From the human T2T-CHM13v2.0 reference genome, Homo sapiens, in the NCBI RefSeq assembly GCF_009914755.1, contig NC_060928.1: a DNA stretch of 64,000 nt, one strand, 5' to 3'. The notes beneath the pieces are model-generated. The model did not search any database. It was given only the letters and a program-made list of their open reading frames with translations, and had not been told where the DNA came from. Both the position numbers and the translations under genes were made by a program. Of this stretch, positions 29,461-45,311 are shown piece by piece. The first letter of the stretch is position 1; every line of letters begins with the position of its first letter.

Positions 29461-30620
29461 AGGACATCGATCACACAGTTTCAGAGCTGAAAGGGCATTA
29501 ACACAAGGCAGTTACTTCTGTGATTTATAGAGATGAGAAAGGAGCAAGGATTTAGAGGACTAGCCAAAACACACTCAGATAAACCAGCTGGCAAGTGTGG
29601 ATTTGAATTCTGAATACTGAATAGAAGCAGCTAAAGAAACAACATCTCCCTGTGAAACCCAACCCGATCAAGGCAGGTGACATCTCTCCACTCAACCCTT
29701 AGTTTAATCAATTCCTCAGTTAGAACTGGCTTGTCTTCTTATCTCCTCTTTTCATGCTCAAAACCATCTGAACTTCGCAAGGTTTCTATCAAGAATATGT
29801 TATTAACCCAGGAGTGTTGAAAAGAAGCCAGGGTCACAAGGCTGTTTGGCCCTTCTCTCTGTTCTACCCAGCTCTCGAATGGCTTGATTCTGTTAAACAA
29901 AAAGACCAATTCTCATCAGGTAAACACAAATAAAAATGATCTCCCCTTTGACTGCCGCAACAACAAGGACCATCCATTTGGTATTTTCAAAATGCCAACA
30001 TTTTATCTTAAAAGAAAAAGATTTTTAAGGTGTTTCTTTTGGAAAGAACTAAGTTATAAAGGCAATAGAGGGAAGATAAGATGACTGACATATAATGTTA
30101 AGTAGCTAAAGACAACCAAACTGAAATGAAAACTGTTTGACTTAGGTCTCAGCCTTCATACAAGAAAAAGCCCTTATGATGTCACTGATCTTTTGAGCAG
30201 CTTCAGATACATAAACCAAGGTCACTGAGCCAGCACTGACCCTGCCAAGGAACTCCACGGCTAACCCCTCTAACATAAGATTTACTACAAAACTGCACCA
30301 TGATGCTTAACTTTTGCCTTTGTAAGCAAGGGACCTATCAATTCATACCTGGCTAGAACCTGTAAGAGGCAAACTGGCAAAATGATTATAACCGTCATAA
30401 CTTGCACAGTGACTCAGGAAATGACTCATTCGGCCCGGCAGAAATAATGGCTGTCTCGAGCACTTGGGTTCATCATAATATAATGTCAAAAAGTAACAGT
30501 AAAATGGTTAATCCCATTTTCATGAGAACATAATACAGGAAAGCCCATACAAATTTTTCAAAAGCTAGCCTTACATAATTTTAGTCTGATTTTGTAAAAT
30601 TGGGATAAATGGCATTAAAA

Positions 30621-31140
<520 letters not shown>

Positions 31141-32344
31141 GGATAGGGTATCAAGTTATACGTTGCAGCACACCACTGAAAGAGTTCTCAAGGAAGGTTA
31201 TTCATAATGGAAAATGCATTTTAAGACGAATAAAATGCAACATCATTGCCAAATGCTTCATCTACTTTTTCCAGGTGAAAGTGTATCTGTGCCTGAATGA
31301 CTTGTTCCCAGAAGTTGACCTGCAACATGGAAACTACAAGGGCATCCTTGCCCAGCAAGTCTCAACACAGAATACCAGCCCTCTGGTCCTGCTTCAAAAA
31401 GGATAACCTTGAATTTGTCACAGCTAGTAGTTAGTGCTTATCAAAGGCTCAACTGAGGGAAGTGATATTTATGAAAGACTATCTAAGAGACTTACTTTTA
31501 ATCTCTACCTATACTAGAGTCTATCCTTAAATCAACTTCTGAGCACTGGAAGACTTGCCTCATTTTCTCAGTCTTCTCCTCCCCCAAGAATTATCTTTGC
31601 TAATTTACACATGAATCTATGAACTCAGCTTCTATCCAGGAAGGTATGTTGTAAACACCATAAAGAGCAGTTTGTAGGATCTCATTCTATGACCCTATAC
31701 AAAGTTCTTCAGAAGAAAGTTTCTAAATTTTTCATTTAAGTCCCTCAATAATTACTATACTTCCCCTTTTCTGACAGTGAATATTACATGACCAGCTGTA
31801 TTTCCCTTTTACCTGGAACTTAAACTCATACCACAGCAGTCCTGTCCTCCTCTACTCATTCTCAACAGGAGCGTATTTATTTTCTTTCTGCCATGGCCCA
31901 GAATGTCTATTTCTATTTATGATTTATTAATCTACTATTTATCCTCGGTTAATAGAATAATGTTATTTACTTTGTATCCACTAGTGTTTATGTCTACTAA
32001 CATGCCATTTATCATCTAACTAGCTGTGTCAAACCTTTTTGGGAGGAAAAAAGGTAAAAGTAAAGTAAAATTAAAACATACTTGCAACATAAATCCTGTG
32101 CATGAGTTGACATGAACATAGCCCCAAATTAATCACATAAAACTCTAGATCATATCCCTTTGAAGTGGGATGGTATAATCATTCTCACTTGACATACTAA
32201 ATAGACCAATATGTGATGTGGAGGGCTTGCCCAAAGGCAAAACAGAGAGGAAGCAGTGGAGATTAGGATGCATAATTCGGCACCATTTCCCACCCAGGCT
32301 CTGCCTGGGAATTCCAGCAGCCGCGCTAAATTCAGGTTACCAAC

Positions 32345-32482
32345 CTCTTCGCCACTGGCTATTCGGTGAGCCAGATCTTTTAAGTTTCTCATCATTCTTT
32401 CATCCCGAAAATCATAGGGAAATGTTTCCGTCCATTCCGTGAGGAGTTGAAGGATTTTGGGTGCAATTTTTCTCATCTGGTT
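32345..32482 (-). CDS. RASGEF1B: RASGEF1B exon 4 (138 nt, NQMRKIAPK...IASGEE)
   Basis: ccctag| acceptor, GAG|gttggt donor; matches ORF 32150..32476. Confidence 0.96.
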
Positions 32483-32721
32483 CTAGGGAGAAATAGCAAA
32501 TCTAATTCAGTGATATTTATCACTATGGACTACATCAAATCAATAGTTACAAAGAGCGTCACTGAGAAACTTCTAGTGCAAAGTCTTTAGGGATGAAGAA
32601 GAAGCTCCAGCCCCCCTCCCTCCATGTCAATGCCAAGTGCCACCAACTTAAGGCAGGACCTAGGGATTCTCCATTGCATTTAATTAATTTATTTTTTAAA
32701 ATTTTTAAATTTTTAATGTCT

Positions 32722-33008
32722 TTTATTTTTGAGACAGAGTCTCACTCTGTCTCCCAGGCTGGAGTGCAGTGGTGCAATCTCAGCTCACTGCAACCTGCCT
32801 CCCAGGTTCAAGCGATTCTCCTGCCTCAGCCTCCTGGGTAGCTGGGATTACAGGCATGCGCCACCAGGGCCAGCTAATTTTTGTATTTTCAGTAGAGGTG
32901 GGGTTTCACACGTTGGCCAGGCTGGTCTCAAAACTCCTGACCTCAGGTGATCCACCCACCCTGGCCTCCCAAAGTGCTGGGATTACAGGCGTGAGCCAGT
33001 GCACCCGA
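32722..33008 (-). mobile_element. AluSx-like (intron 3)
   Basis: Reverse Alu with cctgacctcaggtgatcc. Confidence 0.9.
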
Positions 33009-33192
33009 ACTGCATTTGATTTATCCTGTGTTCTTTATTCTTTATACCATTCACAATTCCCCTTGTATAGCCATGATGCCATTTATGCACTTCAGCCTGG
33101 GGATAAGCCAGGGTTACTTAAGGAACCAACTTCACAAAATCTAAGCCATAAAGTAAGCATTCCTAATAAAACAAATTGTAATGTACCATTAC

Positions 33193-33315
33193 CTTATCAC
33201 TATCAGGATCACTTAGTCTCTGGTGCTCAACACATAAGTGGCAAACTTTGGCCATTAGCTCATACGGATGCATAAATAACCGAGAACTGAGTAGGAAGGT
33301 AAATATGTATGTTCT
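33193..33315 (-). CDS. RASGEF1B: RASGEF1B exon 3 (123 nt, RTYIFTFLL...DPDSDK; REM domain)
   Basis: tgcag| acceptor, AAG|gtaatg donor, 41 codons in frame; not in the ORF track. Confidence 0.96.
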
Positions 33316-35025
33316 CTGCAGCAACAGAAAAAAGTCATCATCGTTACATTCTCTCTGAAATTAATATCTTGCCTTTATACTATGTCTTATTTCATTAAGT
33401 TCTCCTGATCAAGTTCATATGCTGCAGTTTCAAAAGTAATGCCTACTAGTAGTAAAACAGTGTAAGGTTAATTTCTCCTTTACCTTCTGATGTATGTTTT
33501 CCCTGAAACCATACTAAAAATAACAGAAGTACAGGATAAGTTTGGCTCCTGGAATTATTCAGAGCACATTTTCACATCCTTCCTCAGGGAGCCAGGATAC
33601 CAAGACACATAACTCACTTTAGTAAAGAAGAATGAAATTCAGCCCAGAGAGATAAATCTTACTTGAATATACTACCCATACAAAACATGGTTGTGTGTCC
33701 AAATATTTTGTAACTCAGTGGAAACCAAATAAAAAATAACAACAAAAAAACCTACCTACCCAATGCACATAACACTCAACAATTCTCCACTGTGTCTAGC
33801 ACATCACAGTAAAGTGTTTGCGTCAGAACATTCAAAGGCAGGCTTTCAAGTAACCTATTTATTTGTTTAAAGGCAAAGCAATTTAATAAAGCACAATATA
33901 ACACTATATACTTTTCTTTAACCACATTGTCTCCTAAGAAGCCAATAATGAAGTAGTGCTTATTTGTTATAATAATTTCAGACTCCCAATGAAAAGAGAA
34001 ATTCCATGGGATTTTTCTTTTTTCCTTAGGCGCCTTTACTAGCTCATAAACACAGGGCTGAACAAGGGATTCCTTTTACTTTTGACTACAAGTTTTCCCT
34101 GTGTGGCAACATATCTGAAAATGCCATGTAACAATACACAGAGAGATAACTCAGTAAGAAACACTATGGTGAATTACTGCGGCAAGCACCAACTATCCTT
34201 TGCACACCAAGGTTATCATTAAATTTATAAAGACAAATGAATGTAGTCTCTAGATATTTTCATGAGATCTTTATCAATAACCAGCTGCTCGGCAAATCTC
34301 CTACTACTAAGCTCAATTCCATAGAGGTAGCTGCAGCACAGGGAAGGGGGAAAAAGTCACTTGTCCCAGAAAGAAAACCTGTGTTTGACTGCTGATGCTG
34401 GGAGTGGGACCATCAGCAAATACTCAACACTCTGAATCGTTTTCTCCTCTCTTCCCTCTTGGAATTACTGTAAAGACTGAGAAAATATACAACAAATTCC
34501 CTAGATTAGAAAGTGCTAGCTATATAAATGTAGGTTACCAAGGTAAAACAAAGCAACCATGTCATCTGATGTCAAATCTATAAAGAATTACATCTTGAGC
34601 ATAAATCTTGTTTTCTCTTCCATATACTTTCCTTGGTTACATTCACTTTTCTTAGCATAGTGATGGTCTTGGAAACAAAAAAGGCATTACATATTCTGGG
34701 AGCATCCAATGTTCTCTGACATTTCTATTTAAGGACTAAGCTATATGCATGAATCAACTCTACAGATACTTCATTTAGATGGTATCAGACCATCTACAAT
34801 GTTGTAACTAACCTGAAAAGAAATTGATACACATAGTATACCAAAATCTGATCCTTATCCAGGCTCGATTTGATTTCAATGCACTTGATAATCAATATGC
34901 AATTTCTTGTTAGAAAAATTCTTAGCAACCTAGATATAATTCTGTATTATCTATGGTCCCTGCCTACTGTACTGCAATTTCTACTCATTGCCAAGGATGT
35001 GTTTCAGAGAAACATGAATACCTAC

Positions 35026-35202
35026 ATCTGGATAGTAATCCACATTAGGTACTAAGTGCTGGATGAGTGCTTCCAGGGATCCAGAGAGGAGGTTGTTGTC
35101 ATGGTAATACAACCCTCCACAGCTGTCCTCTGCAGACTGATAGAGGTTTCGATTGTAACCACTGCTGTCAAACATTGCTGAAAAGGGAGGAGTCTGAGGC
35201 AT
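35026..35202 (-). CDS. RASGEF1B: RASGEF1B exon 2 coding part (aa 1-59); whole exon 35026-35208 with 6-nt UTR GAAAGT
   Basis: ttttag|GAAAGTATG acceptor; MPQTPPF...VDYYPD; GAT|gtaggt donor. Confidence 0.97.
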
Positions 35203-38200
35203 ACTTTCCTAAAAGGAATAAAAAAGAAGAAAAAATAATGTCAGCAATATGCAGTATGAAAATAAAGGTAAGCTTTAATAGGCACTAAGATTTAATAGTA
35301 ACGAGAGAATAGGCAATTAAAATAGTAGTTCAGGTTCTGACACAGAATCAGAGCCCATCAGGAACCAAATTGCTCTCTGAGTACGACACGTATGCATGCT
35401 TTTGAGTACCACTCTCATTCAATCAAATATCATACAATGCTTAGACTGAGGGGCCCAACCTGGACTTAAACTCAAGTCTCTGGCTGTCATATTTAGATGT
35501 CACTCCTTCACATCAGATTGTGAAAGGGGCAAGGGAACTGAACTTCTATTGCTTTATCGCATGGAGTCAACAATTTTCCTAAGGTGGAAATGTGTACACC
35601 TTAAAATTTGGTTGGGAAAAGTTACCTAACACTGAAGAGCTATCTGAAGTACTGGAAGACAACCAAAATTGAAGCTGAAAACACTAAATTGCAAAGTAGG
35701 CCTAGAGTTGAAGTATACTCTGTGCATGTTTATATATGTATATGTGTACACACAAGATTTCATGTAGACTCTTCAGTTTTCACTGAAAGATCAGATGCTG
35801 TTGATTTTCTCCCCTTTGTGTTAAATTCTCCTGGGGCTGTGGGGTGGTATCTATAAAGCCTCAGTTCTCAATAAACATGCAGGCTGAGAAGACACCTGAT
35901 TTGGGAGCAAGGAGCACTGTGACAGTCCTGAGATAAGTTGCTCCTCTCCATCTGTGTACTTTGCAGTTCACAAAGGCCTTGTCAGAGGGTGCTCTGCAGA
36001 GGCCAGAGGCTATTAAGTTATTACTTGAATTCCTAGGGACGGCACCCGGCCCTGAGAACAGACTCCCAGTCTCTGGCACCACGTCTGCACAATGGAGGCA
36101 TTGAAGAGCTGCAGAGACTGGGGGCTTCAGAAGGCAAACAATGAAGGGGAGCCATACTCCAAGCTATGGACTGACAGGGACAGGGTGTGTGGAGGCAGCA
36201 GAAGGACATAACCTGGACTAATCTTTCTTTTTAAGATGCCAAAAGATATTTGCATCTCAATGTGGGAGGGGTGTGGAGCCCTGTCTAAGTCACATCCATC
36301 ACTCCTTGAGCATCTGTTCCAGCTACAGCTGATGGGTACACAGAGCATCACATCCTGTGCATGTGCCTCAGCAGGGGGCGGCCAGGGGTGGGGCATTATG
36401 AGAAAACATCCATCATAAAAGCCAACCTGGCAGGTGAAAACAGAATTAGATAAAAGAAGCATCAAGAAAAATAAATGGGAGATAAAAACCAACTTCATTT
36501 CTGAGTACTTTGTCCCCTCCACAAACCAGTGTTGAGGGACAATTTAACGGGATCCATGAAAAAGCCACAAATGGGAAGAAGGTGATGACTGAGAACCACT
36601 CTATTCACAGAGATTTGTCACTACTAGGGTCACTGGCCCCATGGCTCTCCTTTAGGTAGCACATAGTCATAGCAGCCAAAGGGTCAGGCACTATGGGATA
36701 TAACATTAACACAGATGGTCTGCACACACCCTTAGTTGGCAAGACCTCACATGTAGGAACTGCAGTTAAATAAATAAATTATTCAATGTTAACATTTTAT
36801 AAGGCAATAGACAAGGTATGTTTCTTTCCTCCTCAAATTGCCAGGTTTCTATGAGTACTACTCCTGTGCAATATAATCGTTGCAAACTGGCCATCCTTGG
36901 CGGCAAGAATAAGAGCCAGTCTGTCCTTGCCCTGAGAAACTCATAGTGCCCTCAAACGAGGAGGCAGGGACGTGAGATGAGAGGCACCTAAAAGTTCCTT
37001 CAGATAACTGAGAGAGAACCCTTTGTCTGGATTTGGTTGCCTCTGGCTTTAAAAAGTTTTAGATGTTTATAACCACAGTGTCCTTCACATGCAGCATGAG
37101 GAGTGTCATGCCCTTGGAATTGGGATTTTTTTCTTTCAGGAACCACACATTTTCCTTCATTGGAGCACTTACTCATTGCTAGCGCAACCATTCTAACAAA
37201 GTGCTTTTGGGAGATGGTTGGCCAGGATTTGGGAATTCCAAAAAATCAGAAAATGATAAATATTCAAAGGAACCACAGAAATCACCTGGCCCAGTATCTG
37301 GAAAACATTTCATTTCACTTTCCTTTCACTTTCCAACTGCAATCAATTAAAGTGGTGGTCTAAAGGCCTGAGGATGAGCAAGGAAAATATGGAAGCTGTA
37401 GCTCAGTGGGAGAATGTAGGTTGTAAGTGATTAGCAATGACTGTCAGACAGTCATGGAAGGAGCCACAGCCCATGTGCCATCACAATCTAGTCCAATCTC
37501 CTCTTCTGAGACCCAAGGGGGTAAGGTGACCAGGCTAAGATGACCCAGCAATGAGGCACATCGCTGCACTCTTGCTGGATGGAACTCCCCTGCACCAAGT
37601 ACTCTCCGGCCAGAGGCTAATTAGCAGTAAGCACCAACCCACAAAACGGTCATGGGTCACTCAGATTTTGTTTTCAAGGAATCAGCACCAAAAGCTACCA
37701 AGTATTTGCACTTCTTAATTATTTATTCCTGCAGAGTAGACAAGAGCTCAGATCTGGACAAAGATTCAGATTTAATGAAGTCCTAATTCTGGCACTTAAT
37801 GGCTGTGAAATCTTCAAACCCTCAGCACCACCAGATATGTTTTCCATCTGTTATTTCCAATTTTGCTTATCCCTTCCAAAATAGTAACAAAACTACTTAT
37901 CTTCTTTAGTGCAAGGTTCTTCTTAGAGCATTATGATTAGAGCAATGGCAAAAGGCTTGTGTATTGTTTTTTGGAACTATACCACTTGCAGTATTTCTCT
38001 GAAGAGGTGCAAAATATCAATACTTAGAAAACTCCCTCCAACAAGGCACTAAAAGAATATAATGCAAATAGTGACAGAAACCAAATTGAGGTAAATGAAT
38101 AAGGTTTATGGCTTATTGTACTTAAAAATCAACTGTAAGAACAGAGTTATGTCACAGGCTATTTTCTGCCTTCTAACAAGCCCAAAGTTATGCTGCTAAT

Positions 38201-40348
38201 TAGCTGATTTCATTTTCCCATGAAACCACCTTGATTGTTGAACTTGCACATAGCAATAACCAACTACTGAGATTCAAGTCACTTCAGCCCATTATTTATT
38301 ATGCACAATAGTCTTATTTTTCTACCTCCCCATATACTCCAGACAGAATCTTTTCAATTCCTTAATCCCTTCTCCCTTCATTAGTCATAATTCTTCTCAC
38401 TATGGGATATTGTGTGCTGGAAAATGTCTTCACATTTCACAGACCTTTACCTCTCTGAATCCCCATTCCAGGTCTCTCTTATGACATCCGTGATGCAGAG
38501 GGCTCTGAGAATTTCATTGGCTCCATTTGTGTAATTGTTTACTGACTACAAATGCCTTCCTGGATTCTACAACCACCTCATCTGGCAGGCATCCCCATCT
38601 TTTTTTTGACTATATAAGAAGCTGAGGTTCAGAAAAACTGTAATAACTCGCTTGGGGTTAGACATGGAGTAAGGGACAGGTGGGGTAGGGTTTCAGAGTT
38701 AGGTCTTCAGACTCCAGGTTCAAAATTTATTACACTACATTATGATATGCTGCAAATGGTCTTCTTTGAACTTCTAAAGTTTAAGCATTAAACAAAAATC
38801 CTGTCAGTCTGTCTCAAATTGTAGGCTATTAGAATAATTCATACATTTTACATGTTCTACATAAATCCTTGCTCCAAAGAAGTATTAGTACCATTAATTA
38901 CTCTTATTAAAAAGTTCAACTGTCAACAGCAGTATTTAAGCTACTGACCTTTGCCATCAAAGCATGGTCTCATCAAGACATAGAGATTCCAGAGATTCCA
39001 ATATGGACTTTAAAAAAAATTATAATATCCTCAAAACTGGGATGCATGTAAACAGTTGAATGGTAAGAAAACATGTTTACTTAACAGTCTTTTAAAGTGA
39101 TATATGCAATGACAGAGCATCTAACGAGGGATAGCCTCTTAGACTCAATGAAATATAGTAATATTTGCTTGTGTGTACTTTATAGATTTCCGGCAAAAAA
39201 AATTTAATGAAAGAAATGACCAAGAGAAAAATCATGGCTCACAGTATTCATCACTCATTGCTGGACAATGTCTAACCAGTGGCCAGTCTAGCTGTTTTCG
39301 GAAGGATCAACTGCCTGTGTAATAGAAGCGTTTTATAATCACAAGGAAAAATCAGCAGAATGGTACAGAAAGTACAGTTTATGGAACAGAATTGTAATAC
39401 CTAAGAAGACAAACATAGTAGTCTGTTTTCTCTAAAGTATCTTCCCTCTTGTTAACCACACCAAGAGCTACTGTTTGTTCGGTATTACTCAGACTTGATG
39501 TCTGGGTCTTTTATTCTAACTGCTTCAGTTCTGGAATTGAAAAGTGAGGCCCAAAAGATTAAATATTGGTTTAGTTCTTGTTAAGAAAATAAATCCAATA
39601 TTCAAAGTGCTGGGCATGAGAATCCAGGCAAGTATTTATCCCTGGGCACTATTAACTCCAGGAATCACTTCCTAACAATTTCTCCAGGGGAAGAAAGGCT
39701 CAGGGTAAGGTTGCTCGTAACCCATAACTTCCATTTATTTCATTCAGTCAGGCAGTTCTCATGCCTTCCTTATTGGCAGCAAATCTTCTCCTTTCATCTT
39801 CCACAACTAATATTTTCTGTCTCTGAGATCCTATAAACTCTCAACTTACTCCTCTTTACACTTTGCAACACAGCCTCAGAACCAGCCTCTCCACTGCCTG
39901 CCATCTGTCGTTAGTAAAAATTTTGCCTAACTCAATATACCTATCAATGGGGACCAGCTAACAAAAAATTTTGTTTAGGAAAAACTGACTCTTCTCCAAA
40001 ATTAGAATATATGGATGGAACAGCAAGTTAAATACTGGCATTAATTTACCATAAAGTCCAACTTCAAAGTAGCTAATTCCTTCAGAAAAAAAGAGATTTG
40101 TATGAGACACAAGAAAAAGCTGCTGACTTTATTCAAATCCTACCAATAATACATAAAGCAGAGAGCAGGTTAATCTCAAAAGCTATTCTCACCTTACGAA
40201 GTTGCATTTGTAAGCCAGTTCTTTACAACTCAGAGTATATTCAATTCAGTCAGTGGCTCTTAACTCTTTAGGGAGATCACAAACCTCTCCCCATCACCAC
40301 CCCCAGAGAAATTTACACACCAGTTTTCATATACTTTCAGGGAGTTTA

Positions 40349-40891
<543 letters not shown>

Positions 40892-42171
40892 CTATTGAAA
40901 TGGGCTTTCTCTTTTCTTTTCTGCAAAAATTGAGGCAGCACTTTAGGATATTAGAAGATGCAGGGAGATAATGGAAAACAGACTCTGGTTTTAAAACAAT
41001 GAAACAGGCGAAAAGAAAGTGTAGAGCCACCATAATTAGCATATAGATTACAGGTTATGCTGGAAAATCTTCCAACAGGAAGTTAAGATATACCCAACCC
41101 AGGTACACAAGATGAATGTTCTTTCTTAAAATTAATTTGGGAAGTTGAAAAGTTAGTTGACAGACAAGACATCTTACAGAGGCAGCTAATTTGGTCACAA
41201 AGATAGATCACGTTCTTCCAAGGACCCTGAAAAAGTTCAGCCTGACATTGATCCAGCAGCAAGGAAGCAAGCTCTGGGTGATTTACGATATGAATGGATT
41301 TGAAAGGCATGCCTAATGGTTTCAAATCCACTAAAGTGCCAGATGAAAAGCTGCCTTTTTCTAAACAGCAGACTGTGTTTGAATTAGCGACTGCTTTTGC
41401 ACAATGTTATTTATGATGAAGCAGGTGCACCAGGATAAGGTGGTTTCAGGTGACAATTCAAATTGGAAAAGAGGTTGAGGAAAAGATGGGTATGGGAACT
41501 GAATCAAAAGCTATCCCTCAATGTCTGCAATAGGTGCTTTGTAAATCTCTACTAGAATGTCAAGTCAGCATTTCCTCTACACTTGGAAAGAGACAGAAAA
41601 TGTAAGAGTCAGAGAAAAAAAAGGTTTATTTTTTTCAATCCCTATTTCATCATACATACAGTGCTTTGGTGAAATATTTAATAAATCCAATGCCTTGATG
41701 TTGACCATAATATTTTAGCTTCTGTTCAAATGTTGGGCATGTGTCCCAATTAAAGAAAAGAAAAACACTTAAGTAGATGAAGGCCTCCGTATCACAGCTG
41801 AACTTTGAAAGCATATTTGTTTAGTGGGGAGAGGTTTAATTTAATATCCCGGAATTACTGGTTCCCGAATTCCCATCTAGATGCCAGAGAAACTTTGCCC
41901 TTTGGTGAGATTCATCTTCAACAACTTGTTTCTTCCTTTTCTCCCTTGAAGCTGCATAGATCTGAATTAAGAGTTCACGTATTTCAGCTTTACTCCAGCT
42001 GTTATCTCAAGTACTTGCAGCCTGTCTCCTTTCGCCCTGCTAGAATACAAAGATTGACTGCACCTTCATAGGGTGTATCTAACTATGGATTTGAGCCAGG
42101 GTGAAAGGCAAAAGTCAAGTTTCTGACACTATTTAAAACATGACTTATTTTAAATTTGAAAACGTCAAGAT

Positions 42172-42719
<548 letters not shown>

Positions 42720-43589
42720 TCACTTCTTTGGTATGTGAACAGACAGAAACTCCAAGACTCCAAGATAAGTACCTTCTTTGAAAGTGAGTCCCACATGCTT
42801 AGTAGATTTCACAGTTAAGGGAGGAAAAAAAAAATCAGTATTTTTGAGGAAGGAAGATCCTATTTCTCTCGCAATGAAACAGTGATATTATTTCCTGATT
42901 TATCAGCATCCATACAAAAAGTTAATTTCCATTCTGCTTGATTTGTCTTAGATGCTGCTTAAATATTTCATACTAATTCCTAATTGTTGGAGGAAGGGGA
43001 TTCTGACTCAAATAGTTTACTATCTTTGGTTTCCTTGGAAGAAAAACAAAGCTAAGATTTGTCATCTTTTGTCTTGGGGATGTGTTGTTAGCAGTTTATT
43101 AAACCACAAATGACATTTCGGCACATAACCTGGAGAGTCAATTAAAACTCTTCTATGAAATAAATCTTTACTGTGTGGGAACTGAACCCAGGACATATTG
43201 AATGTAAAGAATGTAATGCATACATTCTTTATGCATTAACTTTTTAGCTACATCTTCCATGCAGTTCCTAAACCGGACAGTAGATGGCTCCTCGTTCCTT
43301 GTCTTTCAAAGAGTTGGCACTTTGTAGCAGTAACAGTGCTGGTTTAGAAAAGCAAAAGGATAACTAGAGTTATGGGGAAAATATATTGAGAAACTGGTAT
43401 TTGTGATCTTGGCATATTATTGAACTATACAGCTCATACTGTACAGGTGAAGACGTACTGGCTAATAATGCCATTTGGTCATAATGCCTTACATTGTAGG
43501 TGCTCATCTATAATGAGAATTAAATATTTCATTTTCCTGGAAGAATAAAAATGATCTTCTGGATAATCAAAATCATCATTACCTAATTG

Positions 43590-43799
43590 AGTGCTGTCAA
43601 AAAGAACTTTCTGGGATACTGAAAATGTTTTTCTTTTGCACAATCCAATACAGCAGCCACTAGCCACAAGTGACTTACTTAGCACTTAAAATGTGGCTTA
43701 TTGCAACTGAAAAACTAAATTTTAAATTTTGTTTAATTTAAATAAACTTAAGTTTAAATATTCCCATATGACTAGTGGCTACCATACTGAACAGCACAG
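43590..43799. mobile_element. MER3 (hAT-Charlie, palindromic)
   Basis: gtgctgtc..agaactttct...agccactagccac...tgtggct...ctagtggctacc...acagcac. Confidence 0.82.
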
Positions 43800-45311
43800 A
43801 TATGAGTAGCTGAATCATCATTTATACAAGGTAGATCTCAACCCAAATTAGATAATAGCATGTGGAGAACATTCTTTAATGAAAGGTTTTATTTTTCTAC
43901 ACCTAATTCATCTCAGGAAAATGATCTGATACCTAATGAGGATGTTTATTAAAAAGTAGAGTTTTCTATTTATATTTTAGTATATAACATGGTTACTGGG
44001 ATAATTTTCCAGCTGTGAGTTTTTGAAAAACTATATTCATCCCTTCCCATTTTTCTCTTTTAGATCAATAGAAAGATATTGGTAGTCCAGGCTAATTTGT
44101 ACTTTCTCTGGGTTAAACTAATTTTCTAAGCAGGGTTTCCTAATAAAGTTTGAATCAACTGAATGATTTCCAGACATAGGCATATCCTGAAATGAAATAA
44201 TAAATATAAACCTAAGAAAAAATGATTGTTGAAGACAAATTTAAAAATTTAGTGGATAGTAATATTGATTTAATAGGCCAAAAAATAATCTGACACCAAT
44301 CTTTTTGATAATCATTTTTAATATTCATACCTAAAGAAAAACAAAGCAAAAAGCAGTTTAATATTAAATTTCTACATGAATTCATAAATAAAAAAGAAAT
44401 TTCACTCTCCTCTCTTCATTTCCATGTACCCAGAAAGTAGGTGAACACCTAACTGCAAATCACTTGTCCCTTCATTAGTCCACCTCTAAGACAGGGTGTA
44501 AATGCATGAAGCGATAGTACAACAAAATAAAGCAGTTATGACAGACCTAAAGAAACTCATAAATCATTCTGTTCAACTCCCCACAGTCGTTTTATAGACA
44601 CTGCAGGCATAGAGAAAAAATAAATCACTGATTAGGGCTCCAGATCAACCAGAACCCAAGTCTCCTTATTTCCAAGGCAGAAATATGCCACAGCACTAGG
44701 CTATAACATCTGTCACTTTAGGATAAGCAAAGGTTGCATGGATCTTTTTTGTAGTTTTAACTGGAGAATCAAAAAGGACAACTATAGGTCTGAAAAAGTG
44801 AGGGGGGTGGGCTGGCAATACCTGAATTCAACTACTACTAATAAAAATCCCATAAATCTTAAACAGCATTTTTAACAGTGCAATTGGCCTCTTTAAGAAG
44901 TCACAAAATGTTTTCACAGCTTTTTCATTTATTATGTGTGGCATCAGAATCAAGTTTCCCAATCCCTGCTTCAAGGATTCTAGATTCTTCTCCCAAGCAA
45001 AGAAAAAGACATTCCATTCACCCATCTCCTTTCCAAGGAGGTGCTCTCCTGGGGCTATCCCAATGTTCCTCCCAAGTCCAATTCTTCCAGGTACTCTGCG
45101 GATATTGACAAAGCTGATCCCAACACTCCTGAGTCATACTAGGGATCCCAGCTCCTCCCCTTCAATTTTCTTACCATGTCTTTTTCCTTAGAAAGGTGTA
45201 TTGAATTGTTTTTATATAGTCTATTGTACTCTATTAACTAGTAGTTAATTTTAGGTTCTAAGAATAAAATGTTATATAAGAACTATGTGTTATTATAATA
45301 CTTTGATTTAG

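Noticed and set aside
32339-32344. Tandem GTNNGT donors at exons 1, 2 and 4 as a regulatory pattern
   Set aside because: GT at +5/+6 is part of the normal donor consensus
32769-33275. 168-aa plus-strand ORF antisense to exon 3
   Set aside because: First half is translated Alu sequence and it does not start at ATG; chance extension
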